A DNA stretch of 64,000 nucleotides from a virus (IMGVR_UViG_3300027963_000043:69592-133591), one strand, 5' to 3'. Numbered from the stretch's first letter, positions 45,905-56,750 are shown. Translations and numbers: made by a program. Notes: generated by a model from the sequence alone, not told the origin.

Positions 45905-46813
45905 ATGAACAAAAAAAATTATTTGTATATAATTATTCCGTATTTTAATTTTTTTAATTTCAACAAACCTAAAGAAAATTTAATTAGTTTCATAAATAAT
46001 AATAAATTTAACGACAAAGTAAAATTAATTATAAGTGAAGGAGTTTATGGAGAAAATAGCTTGGATATTAAATCGAACAAAATTTTTAATCATTTAAAAT
46101 TTAAATTAAAAGATATTCTTTGGGCAAAAGAAAATTTAATTAATTTAGCAATCAAAAACTTGCCTAACGACTGGGAATATGCAGTATGGTGTGATAAAGA
46201 TATTTTATTCAATAACAACGATTGGGTTGAAAAATCAATACAGAAATTAAAAAATTCAGACATAATCCAACCTTGGGATAGAGTTTTTTTACTAGAAGAA
46301 TCGCAAAGACACATACCAAATAAAAATAATAAATTATTATGGTCAGAAAGTATATTATTTTTAAAAAAACAAAATATACCCAATCACGCACATTGTGGAA
46401 TGTCTTGGGGAATTAATAGAAATTTTTATGAGAAAATAAATAAAATATTAGATTGGCAAATAGTTGGACAAGCAGATGTAACATTTGCATTTTGCTGTGG
46501 ACTAAAAGATAAGCAAAAATTATTGAGTTTCGCAAGAACAAAATCTATGGGTGAGATGTTATTAGATTACTCAAAAAATTTTAATGATATTAAATATGAT
46601 TATATTGAAAATAATATATATCACCTTTTTCACGGAAATTTAAAATGTAAAAATTATTTTTCAAGACAAGAAATACTATCAAAATATAACTATAATCCAT
46701 ACGAAGATATTTACTATGATAGTAATGGAGTTTTATGCTTAACTAAAAAAGGCAAAAGAATGAGCGATGATATTAAAGAATACTTCTTTAATAGAAATGA
46801 AGATGATAAATAA
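45905..46813 (+). CDS. GT-A fold glycosyltransferase-like protein, paralog A
   Basis: WAKENLIN, WCDKDILF (DxD), HLFHG. Confidence 0.75.
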   Translation: MNKKNYLYIIIPYFNFFNFNKPKENLISFINNNKFNDKVKLIISEGVYGENSLDIKSNKIFNHLKFKLKDILWAKENLINLAIKNLPNDWEYAVWCDKDILFNNNDWVEKSIQKLKNSDIIQPWDRVFLLEESQRHIPNKNNKLLWSESILFLKKQNIPNHAHCGMSWGINRNFYEKINKILDWQIVGQADVTFAFCCGLKDKQKLLSFARTKSMGEMLLDYSKNFNDIKYDYIENNIYHLFHGNLKCKNYFSRQEILSKYNYNPYEDIYYDSNGVLCLTKKGKRMSDDIKEYFFNRNEDDK

Positions 46814-46856
46814 ATTTAAAATTGACAAAAAATAAATAAAAGATAATATATAGTAT

Positions 46857-47504
46857 ATGGGTATGTTTAATTATATCAAAGTCGAGCAAGACTTACCTCT
46901 TAATGATGAGTTGAAAGCTCTTGATATTGACTTTAAGAAAGAAGAATTTCAAACAAAAGAATTAGAAGAAAGCCTTATGTCTACTTATATTATCCGTGAT
47001 TATAGATTATTTGAATTAAAAATAACTAGCCATTGGGAAGATAATCCAGATTATGTAAAAGATGGCAGTAGATTTGGTGAATTTTTTAATAAGAATAAAT
47101 TGGTAAAAGATAGTGAAGAAGAAGTTTTTAGAGATGATTATACTGGCACATTTACTTTTGGTGCTTACATCTCTGGCAAAACCAAGGAAAGCTATGATTA
47201 CTTTCCAGACTGGAAATGCGTTGTAGTCCAAGGTTTATTAACAGAAATATCCTTAATTAAGCCCATAGAAAAAAATTCATCTTGTCAAAGAATAGAGGCA
47301 CAAGAATCTTTTATGAAAGAAATAGAAGATCACGAAAGAAAAATGAAATGTCCAGTTTATAGTTTTTATTTTAAATATTATGTTAAGACTATGAATCTAG
47401 TTGAATGGAAACTTTCTATTGGGATTGTCAAGATTATTAATTTTTTGAATTGGCTACAATGGAAAGGCGTAAGAAAAGTAATAAGGATTTTAACGCCAAG
47501 ATAA
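46857..47504 (+). CDS. Hypothetical phage protein (MGMF..., FQTK motif)
   Basis: Own TTGACA promoter; 215 aa. Confidence 0.75.
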   Translation: MGMFNYIKVEQDLPLNDELKALDIDFKKEEFQTKELEESLMSTYIIRDYRLFELKITSHWEDNPDYVKDGSRFGEFFNKNKLVKDSEEEVFRDDYTGTFTFGAYISGKTKESYDYFPDWKCVVVQGLLTEISLIKPIEKNSSCQRIEAQESFMKEIEDHERKMKCPVYSFYFKYYVKTMNLVEWKLSIGIVKIINFLNWLQWKGVRKVIRILTPR

Positions 47505-47526
47505 TTCAGCATATCATTAAAATTTT

Positions 47527-48468
47527 ATGAATGATGAAGATTATCTATATGTTATCATACCTTATTTTAATTTTATTGATTTTAAAATTTCAGAAGAAAA
47601 TTTATCACATTTTATAAATAAAAATAATTTCACAAATAAAGTTAGATTAGTAATAAGCGAAGGAGTTTATAATAAGAAATTAAATATAAAATCTAATTTA
47701 ATCTTTAAGCATCTAACATTTGACATTAAAGACCCAATTTGGTTAAAGGAAAATTTAATCAATTCAGCAATTAAACATTTACCTAACGATTGGAAATATT
47801 TATTATGGTGCGATAAAGACATTTTATTTACTAACTCTGATTGGATAGAAAATTCTATTGAAAAATTAAAAAATTGTGATGTTATTCAACCTTGGAACAA
47901 GGTATTTTTTTTAGAAAAAGGAGAAACAGATACAACAAAATGCTCACAGCAATCAGTAAATTATAAAGAAAGCATTTGTTCTGTAAAAAAACAAGGTATA
48001 AATAAAGATGGTCATACTGGTATGGTTTGGGGAATTAATAGAGATTTCTATAATAAAATAAATAAAATAGCAGACTGGTATATTATAGGTTCTGGAGATG
48101 TCGCTTTTGCTTATTGTTGTGGATTACATAATGAGCGTTATTCATTATTTCAAACAAAAGATATGGAAGTTATGTTATCGAATTATATTAAAAATTTCAA
48201 TAATATTAAAATTGATTATGTAGAGCAATCAATATATCATATCTATCACGGAAAAAGAAACAATAGGCAATACTCTCGAAGAATGGGCTATTTATTAAAA
48301 AATAAATACAATCCTTCAAAGGATATTTTTTATGACGAAAATAATATTTTAAATCTAACAAAAGATGGAGAAAGATTCCGAGATTATCTTCAAAAATATT
48401 TTTTCTTTAGAGATGAAGATGATGCTTTAGCTTGGAACTTTATTCATAAAGAAGAATTTAATTGGTAA
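47527..48468 (+). CDS. GT-A fold glycosyltransferase-like protein, paralog B
   Basis: WLKENLIN, WCDKDILF, HIYHG; collinear with 45905..46813. Confidence 0.75.
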   Translation: MNDEDYLYVIIPYFNFIDFKISEENLSHFINKNNFTNKVRLVISEGVYNKKLNIKSNLIFKHLTFDIKDPIWLKENLINSAIKHLPNDWKYLLWCDKDILFTNSDWIENSIEKLKNCDVIQPWNKVFFLEKGETDTTKCSQQSVNYKESICSVKKQGINKDGHTGMVWGINRDFYNKINKIADWYIIGSGDVAFAYCCGLHNERYSLFQTKDMEVMLSNYIKNFNNIKIDYVEQSIYHIYHGKRNNRQYSRRMGYLLKNKYNPSKDIFYDENNILNLTKDGERFRDYLQKYFFFRDEDDALAWNFIHKEEFNW

Positions 48469-48499
48469 TTAAATTTAATAATTATGTTATAATATAAAA

Positions 48500-48691
48500 A
48501 TGAACAAAAAACCTCATATTCTTAAAGTAAAAGAGCAAGATGGATACCAATACATTGAGTTGCCAGATTCTTTAATTAAAAAGATGGGATGGAAAATCGG
48601 TGATACGATTAATTGGCACGATAATAAAGATGGAACTTTTTCTTTAATCAAAATCGCAAGTCCCTCTAAATCAAAAAAAAACAAAATTTGA
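48500..48691 (+). CDS. AbrB/MazE-type DNA-binding protein
   Basis: YIELPDSLIKKMGWKIGDTI pattern. Confidence 0.8.
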   Translation: MNKKPHILKVKEQDGYQYIELPDSLIKKMGWKIGDTINWHDNKDGTFSLIKIASPSKSKKNKI

Positions 48692-48722
48692 CGAGTTGGT
48701 TAGTCCAGTATATACTGGAAGT

Positions 48723-49835
48723 ATGAAGCTACCTACAATTTATAAAAAGACTAAAACTGGCAAAGTCCAAGAATGGACTATTGAAGTTAAAGGAAATCAA
48801 TACCGCACAATTTCTGGTCAAACAGATGGTGAGAAGATTACTAATAATTGGAGTGATTGTGATATTAAAAATGCTGGCAGATCAAATGCTACTACTCCAG
48901 AAGAACAAGCAATTAAAGAAGCAGAAGCTAAACGCAAGAAGAAGTTAGAATCTGGTTACTTTGAATCCATCAAAGATATTAACAAGGTTCAATACTTTGA
49001 GCCAATGCTTGCTCAAAAGTATGAAGATCACGAAATTAATTATCCAGTTTATAGCCAACCTAAACTTGATGGTATTCGTTGCATCGTAACAAAAGATGGA
49101 ATGTTTAGCAGAAATGGCAAGAAGATTATTTCTGCACCACATATTCGCCAGAATCTAGATTTATTCTTTAAAGATTATCCTAATGCAATTCTTGATGGCG
49201 AATTATATTGTGATAAGTTTGCTAATGATTTCAATAAAATTTGTTCTCTTGTAAAAAGAACTAAACCTACCGATGAAGAACTAGAAGAAAGTGCAGATAG
49301 TATTCAGTATTGGGTTTATGATGCTCCTAAAATCGGTTTATTAAATGAAAAAGATTTATTCTATGAGAGATATGAAGCATTTTCCAATGCCCTTACTAAA
49401 AGAAAATATACAAGTATCGTTGTTGTCACTACCTTAAAAGTAAATAACGAAAAAGAACTTACTGAATCTTACGAAATGTATATGGAAAATGGATACGAAG
49501 GTCAAATGGTTAGACTTAACAGACCTTACGAGAATAAGCGTAGCAAGTTTCTTCTTAAAAGAAAAGAGTTTATGGATGCAGAGTTTATTATCAATGGAGT
49601 TAAAGAAGGCGAAGGCAACCGCAAAGGAACTGCTGGCTATATGGAATTTACAAATGCACAAGGTAAATATTTTAAGAGTAATATCAAAGGTGATTTTGGT
49701 TATCTTAAAGAGCTTTACAAACAAAGAAATGAATTAGTGGGCAAGAAAGCTACTATAAAATTCTTCAATTATACACCAGATGAAGTGCCAAGATTTCCCT
49801 ATGTGATTGCTATTGACAGAGATAGCTACGAATAA
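48723..49835 (+). CDS. ATP-dependent DNA ligase
   Basis: QPKLDGIRC (KxDG), LDGELY, GYEGQMVR, LLKRK, PRFP; promoter TTGACG-17-TATACT-6-ATG. Confidence 0.95.
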   Translation: MKLPTIYKKTKTGKVQEWTIEVKGNQYRTISGQTDGEKITNNWSDCDIKNAGRSNATTPEEQAIKEAEAKRKKKLESGYFESIKDINKVQYFEPMLAQKYEDHEINYPVYSQPKLDGIRCIVTKDGMFSRNGKKIISAPHIRQNLDLFFKDYPNAILDGELYCDKFANDFNKICSLVKRTKPTDEELEESADSIQYWVYDAPKIGLLNEKDLFYERYEAFSNALTKRKYTSIVVVTTLKVNNEKELTESYEMYMENGYEGQMVRLNRPYENKRSKFLLKRKEFMDAEFIINGVKEGEGNRKGTAGYMEFTNAQGKYFKSNIKGDFGYLKELYKQRNELVGKKATIKFFNYTPDEVPRFPYVIAIDRDSYE

Positions 49836-49878
49836 AATATTATTTGACATCATTTTAAATTTAATTTAAATTCAATAT

Positions 49879-52077
49879 ATGAAATTAATCGAAAAACCAA
49901 TCAATGTAGTCGAGTCCGATAGTTTTGAATCCGTAAGTTTCGGAATCAAACAATCTGGACTTCCTTATATCTTTAACATCCTTCGCAATCAGTTGTATTC
50001 CAACAAACCTCTCGCAGTTTTGCGTGAGATTACTTGTAATGCACAAGACGCTAACATCGAAGCTAAAAGCAAGCGTCCGATTGAGATTAAACTTCCTACC
50101 AAACTTGACCCTACTTTAACTATCAGAGATTTTGGTAATGGTCTTTCTGCTGATGATATTAAGAATCTTTATTGCTACTATGGTGAATCTACCAAACGCA
50201 ATAGTAATTCTGCTATTGGATATTACGGCATTGGAAAATTTGCACCATTTAGCTATGGTGATAACTTTGTTTTGATTTCTTATCACGATGGCAAGAAAAC
50301 TACTTACAATGCTTTTATTGATGAAACTAAAATTGGCAAGATCGTTAAGCTCAAGGAAGAAAAATCTTCCGAGCCTACTGGCGTATTAATTTCTGTTCCA
50401 ATCAAAGAAGAAGATACAGAAACCTTCTTGTCTACTGCAAAAGAATTGTTTAAATATTTCAAGAACAAGCCAATTATCAAAGGTGCAAGAAAAGAAGATT
50501 TGTCAGAAATCTATGATCGCACACCAGTATTTAAAGGTAATGGTTGGGCTTATTATAATACCTCTAGCTATGGTAGAGAATCTGTTGCGATTATGGGAGT
50601 TGGTTATCCTATCGAAACTAGCGATGTGCAATTCAAAGAAGATTCTGATGAGCAAAGTATTTGCTCTCAAGGATTTGAAGTCGAGTTTGAGCTTGGTGAA
50701 CTTGACATTACTGCGAGTCGTGAGAATCTAGAATATACTGAAAAGACTAGAAAAGCTATCAGAGATAAATTCCGTAAGATCAAGAAGGAGATGGCAGAGT
50801 GCATCTCTCAACAATTTAAAGATTCCACAAACATCTATGATGCGAAAGCTCTTTATAATGAAGTCTTTGGAACTTATGGCAGTTTGGGTTATATTGTTCG
50901 TAATGCTTTGAGCAACAAGGTCACTTGGAACAGCAAAACTATTACTGATAATCATATTGATTTCAATGATAAGATTGGCAAGATGATTGAGAACGGCAAA
51001 TTGACTTCAAAGTTTTATCAAAAGTCTCGCAGAAGCACAAAATTAAATTCAGAGAATGAAGCAAAAAGGATTCTTTGTGAAAAGACACATAAAATCCTAA
51101 TCAATGATACTGGTTCAGCTATGGGAGTAACTCATCGTCTTGCTACTCTTTGGAATGAATTAGGAGACAAGATTGATGGTGCTTATGTATTTACATTCGT
51201 AGATCAAGCAACGAAAGATTCCTTTAACAAGGAACTTGGTATTGTTAATGAGAATTATTTGAATCTCTCTGATTATGAGAAGATTACAATTCAGAAGATT
51301 AATTCTGGAACTAGCGTTGTAACCAGTAAGAATCCAAAACATTCCTCTCAAATCTTTAAGTTTAAGCGTAAAGATGCTACGAATTGGGGAACTAATTCTA
51401 ATAATTGGGAGACTATGGCTATGGATTTAGCAAATGATACTGCTATCTATGTAGAGATCAGCAACTTCCAAGCTCAAGGCAAAGAACACGAATTTAGAAA
51501 TGGAACTTTAAAAGAAATTCTTGAGAAGTATGAAGAACTTACTGGCGAGAAACTTCCAGAAATTTATGGAATCAAATCTAAAACTTTTGAATCCAAGAAA
51601 AAGATTATTAATAAAAATAAAAATCTTACAAGCCTCTGGAAACATCTTGAAGATGGAATCCGCAAGGAGTATTCTAAACTATCACAGCAAATCACAGACA
51701 AGAATCATTGGGATAAACATAATAGAGAAGATGATAACTTTAGTGATATTACTCAAAATATGCACAAGAAAGAGTTGCACGAACTTATTGAGAATGAAAA
51801 TTCAGAGTTTGCACAATATTTGAGTGCGGTTATGTTCTATGCAAAATCGAACTTCAAGAAGGTTGGCGAAGCTCTTGAGTTTTTAAAATTGGCTGAAATT
51901 GATATTAAATTCGATCAAGTCAATCCAACTTATGATTTGGATACTCTATTAAAGAATGTCCAAAGCAGATATGAAATGCTCGGTGCATTTATCCCTCATA
52001 TCAGTATGTGGGAAATCAACGAAAAGCATAAAATGATAAAGATTGTAAATTATATAAATCTTATTGACAAAAACTAA
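49879..52077 (+). CDS. rIIA: rIIA-like protein (N-terminal GHKL ATPase)
   Basis: LYSNKPLAVLREITCNAQDA, IRDFGNGL, ESTKRNSN, GIGKFAPF; followed by rIIB-like gene. Confidence 0.9.
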   Translation: MKLIEKPINVVESDSFESVSFGIKQSGLPYIFNILRNQLYSNKPLAVLREITCNAQDANIEAKSKRPIEIKLPTKLDPTLTIRDFGNGLSADDIKNLYCYYGESTKRNSNSAIGYYGIGKFAPFSYGDNFVLISYHDGKKTTYNAFIDETKIGKIVKLKEEKSSEPTGVLISVPIKEEDTETFLSTAKELFKYFKNKPIIKGARKEDLSEIYDRTPVFKGNGWAYYNTSSYGRESVAIMGVGYPIETSDVQFKEDSDEQSICSQGFEVEFELGELDITASRENLEYTEKTRKAIRDKFRKIKKEMAECISQQFKDSTNIYDAKALYNEVFGTYGSLGYIVRNALSNKVTWNSKTITDNHIDFNDKIGKMIENGKLTSKFYQKSRRSTKLNSENEAKRILCEKTHKILINDTGSAMGVTHRLATLWNELGDKIDGAYVFTFVDQATKDSFNKELGIVNENYLNLSDYEKITIQKINSGTSVVTSKNPKHSSQIFKFKRKDATNWGTNSNNWETMAMDLANDTAIYVEISNFQAQGKEHEFRNGTLKEILEKYEELTGEKLPEIYGIKSKTFESKKKIINKNKNLTSLWKHLEDGIRKEYSKLSQQITDKNHWDKHNREDDNFSDITQNMHKKELHELIENENSEFAQYLSAVMFYAKSNFKKVGEALEFLKLAEIDIKFDQVNPTYDLDTLLKNVQSRYEMLGAFIPHISMWEINEKHKMIKIVNYINLIDKN

Positions 52078-52099
52078 AAAAGGAGAGAAAATACAAAAA

Positions 52100-53020
52100 A
52101 TGAAAATACCATATATATTAACAGATCGTAGTCTTACTATCGTTCTTAACGATGAGCCAAAGACTATCACTAGCGAAAATCCAGTTTGGAATGACGCTAT
52201 CACCGCAATCAGAGAAGGAAGGTTTAGCGATCTTCCAGATATTCTCGACAAGAGCAAAGCTATTGCACGATTCTCTCACGGCAAAATTGAAGTCCGTGAT
52301 GGTCTTGTAACTTATGCTGGCGAAGAAATTCATAATATTGTTGTAGATAGAATCTTGAACTTTATTAAGAATGGTTTGCCTTATGAGCCTCTTGTTAAGT
52401 TTCTTGATAAGCTAATGGCAAATCCTTCTCGCAGAGCAGTAAATGAGCTTTACAAATTCTTGGAGCATAAGAAAATGCCTCTCACACCAGATGGCGATTT
52501 CCTTGCATATAAGAGTGTTAGATCAGATTTTACTGATTGGTATAGTGGCAAACATAATTTTGCTATCGGCCAAGTCCGTGAGATGGCAAGGAATCAAGTT
52601 TGCGATAATGCAGATGTTGGTTGCTCTGCTGGTTATCACGCTGGGTCAGAAGAATATGCAAAGAGTTTCAATGGTGGTGGTAATCTTGTGATAGTTAAGA
52701 TTAACCCTGCTGATGTTGTATCTGTTCCAACAGATTGCGAATGTCAGAAACTTCGTGCTTCTAAATTAGAAGTTGTTGCATTATATCGTAAATCTCTTGA
52801 CAAAGAACTTTATGATATTGCTTATGGAAACTTTATTCATCCATATCGTCCAGAAGCTATCGAGGCTATGCAAGAAATGTATGATGTAGACCCCGATGAT
52901 GATATTTATGGTGATGAAGATGAGGAAGATGATGTTCCTAGTTGGGGAACTGATGGCACACTTAAAACTAATTATCACAATAAGCGTGACCCTCATACTG
53001 GAAGATTTATCAAGGGATAA
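52100..53020 (+). CDS. rIIB: rIIB-like protein
   Basis: NELYKFL, LTPDGDFLAYKSV, CSAGYH, VKINPADVVSVP. Confidence 0.9.
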   Translation: MKIPYILTDRSLTIVLNDEPKTITSENPVWNDAITAIREGRFSDLPDILDKSKAIARFSHGKIEVRDGLVTYAGEEIHNIVVDRILNFIKNGLPYEPLVKFLDKLMANPSRRAVNELYKFLEHKKMPLTPDGDFLAYKSVRSDFTDWYSGKHNFAIGQVREMARNQVCDNADVGCSAGYHAGSEEYAKSFNGGGNLVIVKINPADVVSVPTDCECQKLRASKLEVVALYRKSLDKELYDIAYGNFIHPYRPEAIEAMQEMYDVDPDDDIYGDEDEEDDVPSWGTDGTLKTNYHNKRDPHTGRFIKG

Positions 53021-53262
53021 TGAAGTTAGGCTTGCACATTGATTGGTGCATAGGGAGATGGTTTGGTAGGAACAATAATCTTGAGATTAGAGTTACCCTA
53101 CCGACCATCTCTCTCGGTTTTAAAAAAGAAGATGATGATAAATGGTTTGGATTTAAATTCAATTTAAGAACAGACATATCATTTGAATCATACGAATACG
53201 GAAAAATATTTACCTTGATTTTATTTGGATTTGGAGTTAAAGTAAGCAAGTTTAATTTATGA
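53020..53262 (+). CDS. Hypothetical aromatic-rich 80-aa protein
   Basis: TAATG-coupled ORF. Confidence 0.65.
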   Translation: MKLGLHIDWCIGRWFGRNNNLEIRVTLPTISLGFKKEDDDKWFGFKFNLRTDISFESYEYGKIFTLILFGFGVKVSKFNL

Positions 53263-53456
53263 GTGAAGAAGATAATTTTAATTGTAAAGCTGGAAATCAG
53301 TTGAGAGATACTTTATATAAAGATATATTAAGGTATGCTCAAGAAAGCGATATGACAGCTTATCAAGTTATTGGCGTTTTAGAATCATTGAAGTTTGATT
53401 TATTAAACGCTATGAGAAATGCACATATAGAAGAAGGAGATGAAGATGAAATCTAA
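53259..53456 (+). CDS. Hypothetical 65-aa acidic protein
   Basis: Coupled ORF. Confidence 0.65.
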   Translation: MSEEDNFNCKAGNQLRDTLYKDILRYAQESDMTAYQVIGVLESLKFDLLNAMRNAHIEEGDEDEI

Positions 53457-53652
53457 TCGTGGTCGTAAAAAAGGTTCGTTTTGTTTTTCAATGGTAACAT
53501 TGAGTGAACTTAATAAAGTATTGAAACAAGATGCGGTAGTTATCGTATCAAAGAAATTCCTCGACAATTTAAATATAAAAGGAATTGAAAAGGAAGTCAA
53601 TACTAAAACATATAATAGTTTAGAGCAAAGCATTGATTTTCAAGTAGTTTAA
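53446..53652 (+). CDS. Hypothetical protein (RGRKKGS motif)
   Basis: Coupled ORF; start at 53440 or 53446. Confidence 0.65.
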   Translation: MKSNRGRKKGSFCFSMVTLSELNKVLKQDAVVIVSKKFLDNLNIKGIEKEVNTKTYNSLEQSIDFQVV

Positions 53653-53697
53653 ACAAACTTCTTGATTACAAAACAAAACCCTTGTATAAAAAGATAT

Positions 53698-54630
53698 ATG
53701 ACAAAAGATAATTTTTCAGAAATTGTTGGACAAGAAAAGACAAAGGGTAAAATTAATTTTCTCCTAGAGGGATTTGAGCAAACAAGAATTATGCCTCATC
53801 TTCTTTTCGTTGCTCCAAGAGGATGCGGTAAAACTCTTATCGCTCAAAAAACAGCTAATCTAATGAATAGACAGAAAACTCTGATTGTTAATTGTTCTAC
53901 GATCAAGAATGTTAAGAGTTTCTTTAATCAGATTATGCTTCCTTATGTTGCAGATAAAGATATTACTATTATTTTTGATGAAGCTAGTGAATTACCAAGA
54001 GATGTTACGATGGCACTTCTTACTATTTTAAATCCTAATTCCACTAATCAGAATGAATTTAGTTTTGAAGATGGAACTTATACCTTTAGATTCAATCAAA
54101 ATTCTTTTATCTTTTGCACAACAGAAGCTCAAAAGATTTTTCACGCACTTCTTGATCGTCTTTATAGAATTGATCTTCAAGATTATTCTTACATTGAATT
54201 AGGCAAGATTATCTCTGGAAATTTGTCCACTAAAAAGCAAAAGATTAATGATTCAATTATTAGCGAAATAGCTAGTGTTTGCCGTGGTAATGCTCGACAA
54301 GCTCAATCTATGGCAAATCAAATCTCATCTTATTTGGCTAGTAAAAAATCCAATGAATTGACTAAAGAAGGCTGGGAAGAAATTAAAAGCAAACTATCCA
54401 TTTATCCTCTTGGCCTTTCAGAAATTGAACTTAATGTAATTAAAATTCTCAAAGAACACGGAGAAGTCAGACTAACTAACCTTTCAGCTAAAACTAATCT
54501 TACCAGAGATATGTTGCAGAAAAATGTTGAAATATATCTTGTTCGTAATAGTTTAATTGAAATTCGTCCAACTGGTAGAGCATTAACTAAAAAAGGTAGC
54601 GATTATCATACAGAACATTTATCTAAATGA
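53698..54630 (+). CDS. ruvB: RuvB-like Holliday junction branch migration ATPase
   Basis: FSEIVGQ, APRGCGKT, IFDEASEL, CRGNARQA, C-terminal PLGL...EIYLV...RPTGRALT. Confidence 0.88.
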   Translation: MTKDNFSEIVGQEKTKGKINFLLEGFEQTRIMPHLLFVAPRGCGKTLIAQKTANLMNRQKTLIVNCSTIKNVKSFFNQIMLPYVADKDITIIFDEASELPRDVTMALLTILNPNSTNQNEFSFEDGTYTFRFNQNSFIFCTTEAQKIFHALLDRLYRIDLQDYSYIELGKIISGNLSTKKQKINDSIISEIASVCRGNARQAQSMANQISSYLASKKSNELTKEGWEEIKSKLSIYPLGLSEIELNVIKILKEHGEVRLTNLSAKTNLTRDMLQKNVEIYLVRNSLIEIRPTGRALTKKGSDYHTEHLSK

Positions 54631-54827
54631 AAAATCAAAAAGTTAAAACTACAAAAGGAACTCCTATGGAAGTATTAAGCTATGATAGTAATATTAAAAT
54701 GTTTTATTGTTTTGTGCCTCATCTAGATATGACACTAACAATTCACCCTTCTGCTCTTGACTTAAATGAGAAAGAGTTAGATAATCTAAAAATGGAGATG
54801 TTACAAAATGAACAAAAAAATAATTGA
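54627..54827 (+). CDS. Hypothetical 66-aa protein
   Basis: Coupled ORF. Confidence 0.6.
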   Translation: MKNQKVKTTKGTPMEVLSYDSNIKMFYCFVPHLDMTLTIHPSALDLNEKELDNLKMEMLQNEQKNN

Positions 54828-55002
54828 TAAGATTGATTTGGTAATTGAAGATATTTTTAATCTTCAAGAACTAATTGACTTTGATACATCTGATTCTAGC
54901 GAATACGATTTAGATTCAGTAGTAAGTGTATTAGCTGAAATTCGTGGTAGAGTTTCAAATCAAGAGGAGGAAGTAGAAAGAATTGATCTAAAACAACTAT
55001 GA
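54808..55002 (+). CDS. Hypothetical 64-aa acidic protein
   Basis: Coupled ORF. Confidence 0.6.
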   Translation: MNKKIIDKIDLVIEDIFNLQELIDFDTSDSSEYDLDSVVSVLAEIRGRVSNQEEEVERIDLKQL

Positions 55003-55247
55003 ACTTACATCCTAAAATTAAAATGATTGCAGAGGAGTTTGGCGAATCCTATGAATGGATTGCTGGCGATGAGAGCTTGTTTATTAAGGTTGGTAATCAT
55101 TTCATAGATATTGTAAAGGAAAGATTAAAAACTTGCAATCTAGAATTTGTGGAAGCTCAACAAAAAAACGATCATACTTATCTTTGGTTTCGTTCACCAG
55201 AAGAAAATGAAGCAGTTTATGATTTTGATGATGAGGATGAACAATGA
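54999..55247 (+). CDS. Hypothetical 82-aa protein
   Basis: Coupled ORF. Confidence 0.65.
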   Translation: MNLHPKIKMIAEEFGESYEWIAGDESLFIKVGNHFIDIVKERLKTCNLEFVEAQQKNDHTYLWFRSPEENEAVYDFDDEDEQ

Positions 55248-55576
55248 ATATTTATGTTACTGGATATAATTGGCTTGCAAAAGTAGACATTGATTCAAAA
55301 AAAATAGATCAAGCCGATTGGTATAACGAGGCTTGCACAAGAGCAGTAGAAAGTGTTCTAGATCAAGAAGAAAAAGAAGGAGTTGATTTAAAAATTCAAG
55401 ATTATGAAGATTTTGGCCTTGGAGTTATTCTCTTGACTTGGGACGAAAAGAATAGTAAAAATGAAGATCAACATAGAGTTCTTTTAACGAGTAATGTTCT
55501 TGCTAATGCTGGTCGTTGGGAAGAATATAAATTTGTAAAAGACTATGAAGAAAAAGCAAAGGAAGAAGGATTATGA
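55244..55576 (+). CDS. Hypothetical 110-aa protein
   Basis: Coupled ORF. Confidence 0.7.
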   Translation: MNIYVTGYNWLAKVDIDSKKIDQADWYNEACTRAVESVLDQEEKEGVDLKIQDYEDFGLGVILLTWDEKNSKNEDQHRVLLTSNVLANAGRWEEYKFVKDYEEKAKEEGL

Positions 55577-55920
55577 AACATAAAATATTTTGGGAAAAGA
55601 ATAGCAGAGTTAAGGGTGTTGTCCCATCTGCACAAATTATCAATAAAACATCTACGGATAAATTTCCTTGTGATGCAGTAACTATTCGTATGTATAATAT
55701 TAATGATAAAAACCCAACGGCAACCGCATATTTTTATGGAAAAGAAGCTCAAGGAAGCTCTTGGAATGGAAGCAATTATACTTATGCCGAAACTAAATTA
55801 ATGGTTACTTTTGATAAAGATAAAGAAGGTTATAGTTTTAATGGTGGAGTTAAATCATTTTCTTTACAAGACATTAAAGAAGTGTTAGATTCAGTAAGAG
55901 AAACATTAAACAAATTATGA
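55573..55920 (+). CDS. Hypothetical 115-aa protein
   Basis: Coupled ORF. Confidence 0.7.
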   Translation: MKHKIFWEKNSRVKGVVPSAQIINKTSTDKFPCDAVTIRMYNINDKNPTATAYFYGKEAQGSSWNGSNYTYAETKLMVTFDKDKEGYSFNGGVKSFSLQDIKEVLDSVRETLNKL

Positions 55921-56591
55921 GTCAAAAACAAACATTTGAAGAATTGATGCGATCTTTTAGATTTCACAAGAATCCTATTTTAAACTGGTTTCTAGGTGAA
56001 GTCAGTTATTACTTTCATACTTATCTTAATGTTAAGTGGGGATTAAAGAATAAATTTCAAAGATTAATTCGTGGATATTCTGATAGTGATTGCTGGAATC
56101 TTCCTCAAGCTATCGCAAAGTTTATACTTCCAAGAATCAAGCATCTTCGCAAAAACTATAATAGCCTTGCTAATCGTCATCATTTAGTTATGGATGGTAA
56201 GATTGTGCCTTATGTTGGAGAGCAAGATAATTTTGAATTTAATGAAAAACTTGGATGTTATAAAGATAAAACAACGGGCTTGGAAATTTCCCTAGATCAA
56301 AAAGAATATGAGTATATTTTAGATGAAATTATCTTTGCACTCCAAACTATTGTTGATGAAGATGATATTAATGTAAGTCTAGAAGAAGTTTATGAGGTTT
56401 ATCCAAAAGGATTTGACCCGATTAAAGATCGTCAAATGTTTCTTGAGAAACAAGAAGATGGAACATATCTAGTTGAATTTGAAAAGAAAGAAAATATTCA
56501 ACCAGATTATTCAAAATTAAATAAAGCCTATGAGCGTCAAAGAAATGGATTGATGCTCCTTGGCCTTTACTTTAAGGACTTATGGGATTAA
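55917..56591 (+). CDS. Hypothetical 224-aa phage protein (RGYSDSDCWNL...LWD)
   Basis: Coupled ORF. Confidence 0.75.
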   Translation: MSQKQTFEELMRSFRFHKNPILNWFLGEVSYYFHTYLNVKWGLKNKFQRLIRGYSDSDCWNLPQAIAKFILPRIKHLRKNYNSLANRHHLVMDGKIVPYVGEQDNFEFNEKLGCYKDKTTGLEISLDQKEYEYILDEIIFALQTIVDEDDINVSLEEVYEVYPKGFDPIKDRQMFLEKQEDGTYLVEFEKKENIQPDYSKLNKAYERQRNGLMLLGLYFKDLWD

Positions 56592-56594
56592 ATT

Positions 56595-56750
56595 ATGAAC
56601 AACGACAGAATACTATTAGACATTAAAAGAAGTTTGGTTGATATATCTCAATCATTATATAATTTATCACTTGATATTAATAAAATTACAAGGAAAATTA
56701 TTGAAGAAGATGAAAAAGAAGAAAAAAAGAATGACAAGCGAAGAATTTGA
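56595..56750 (+). CDS. 51-aa coiled-coil protein
   Basis: Manual translation MNNDRILLDIKRSLV...; not in ORF track. Confidence 0.55.
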   Translation: MNNDRILLDIKRSLVDISQSLYNLSLDINKITRKIIEEDEKEEKKNDKRRI

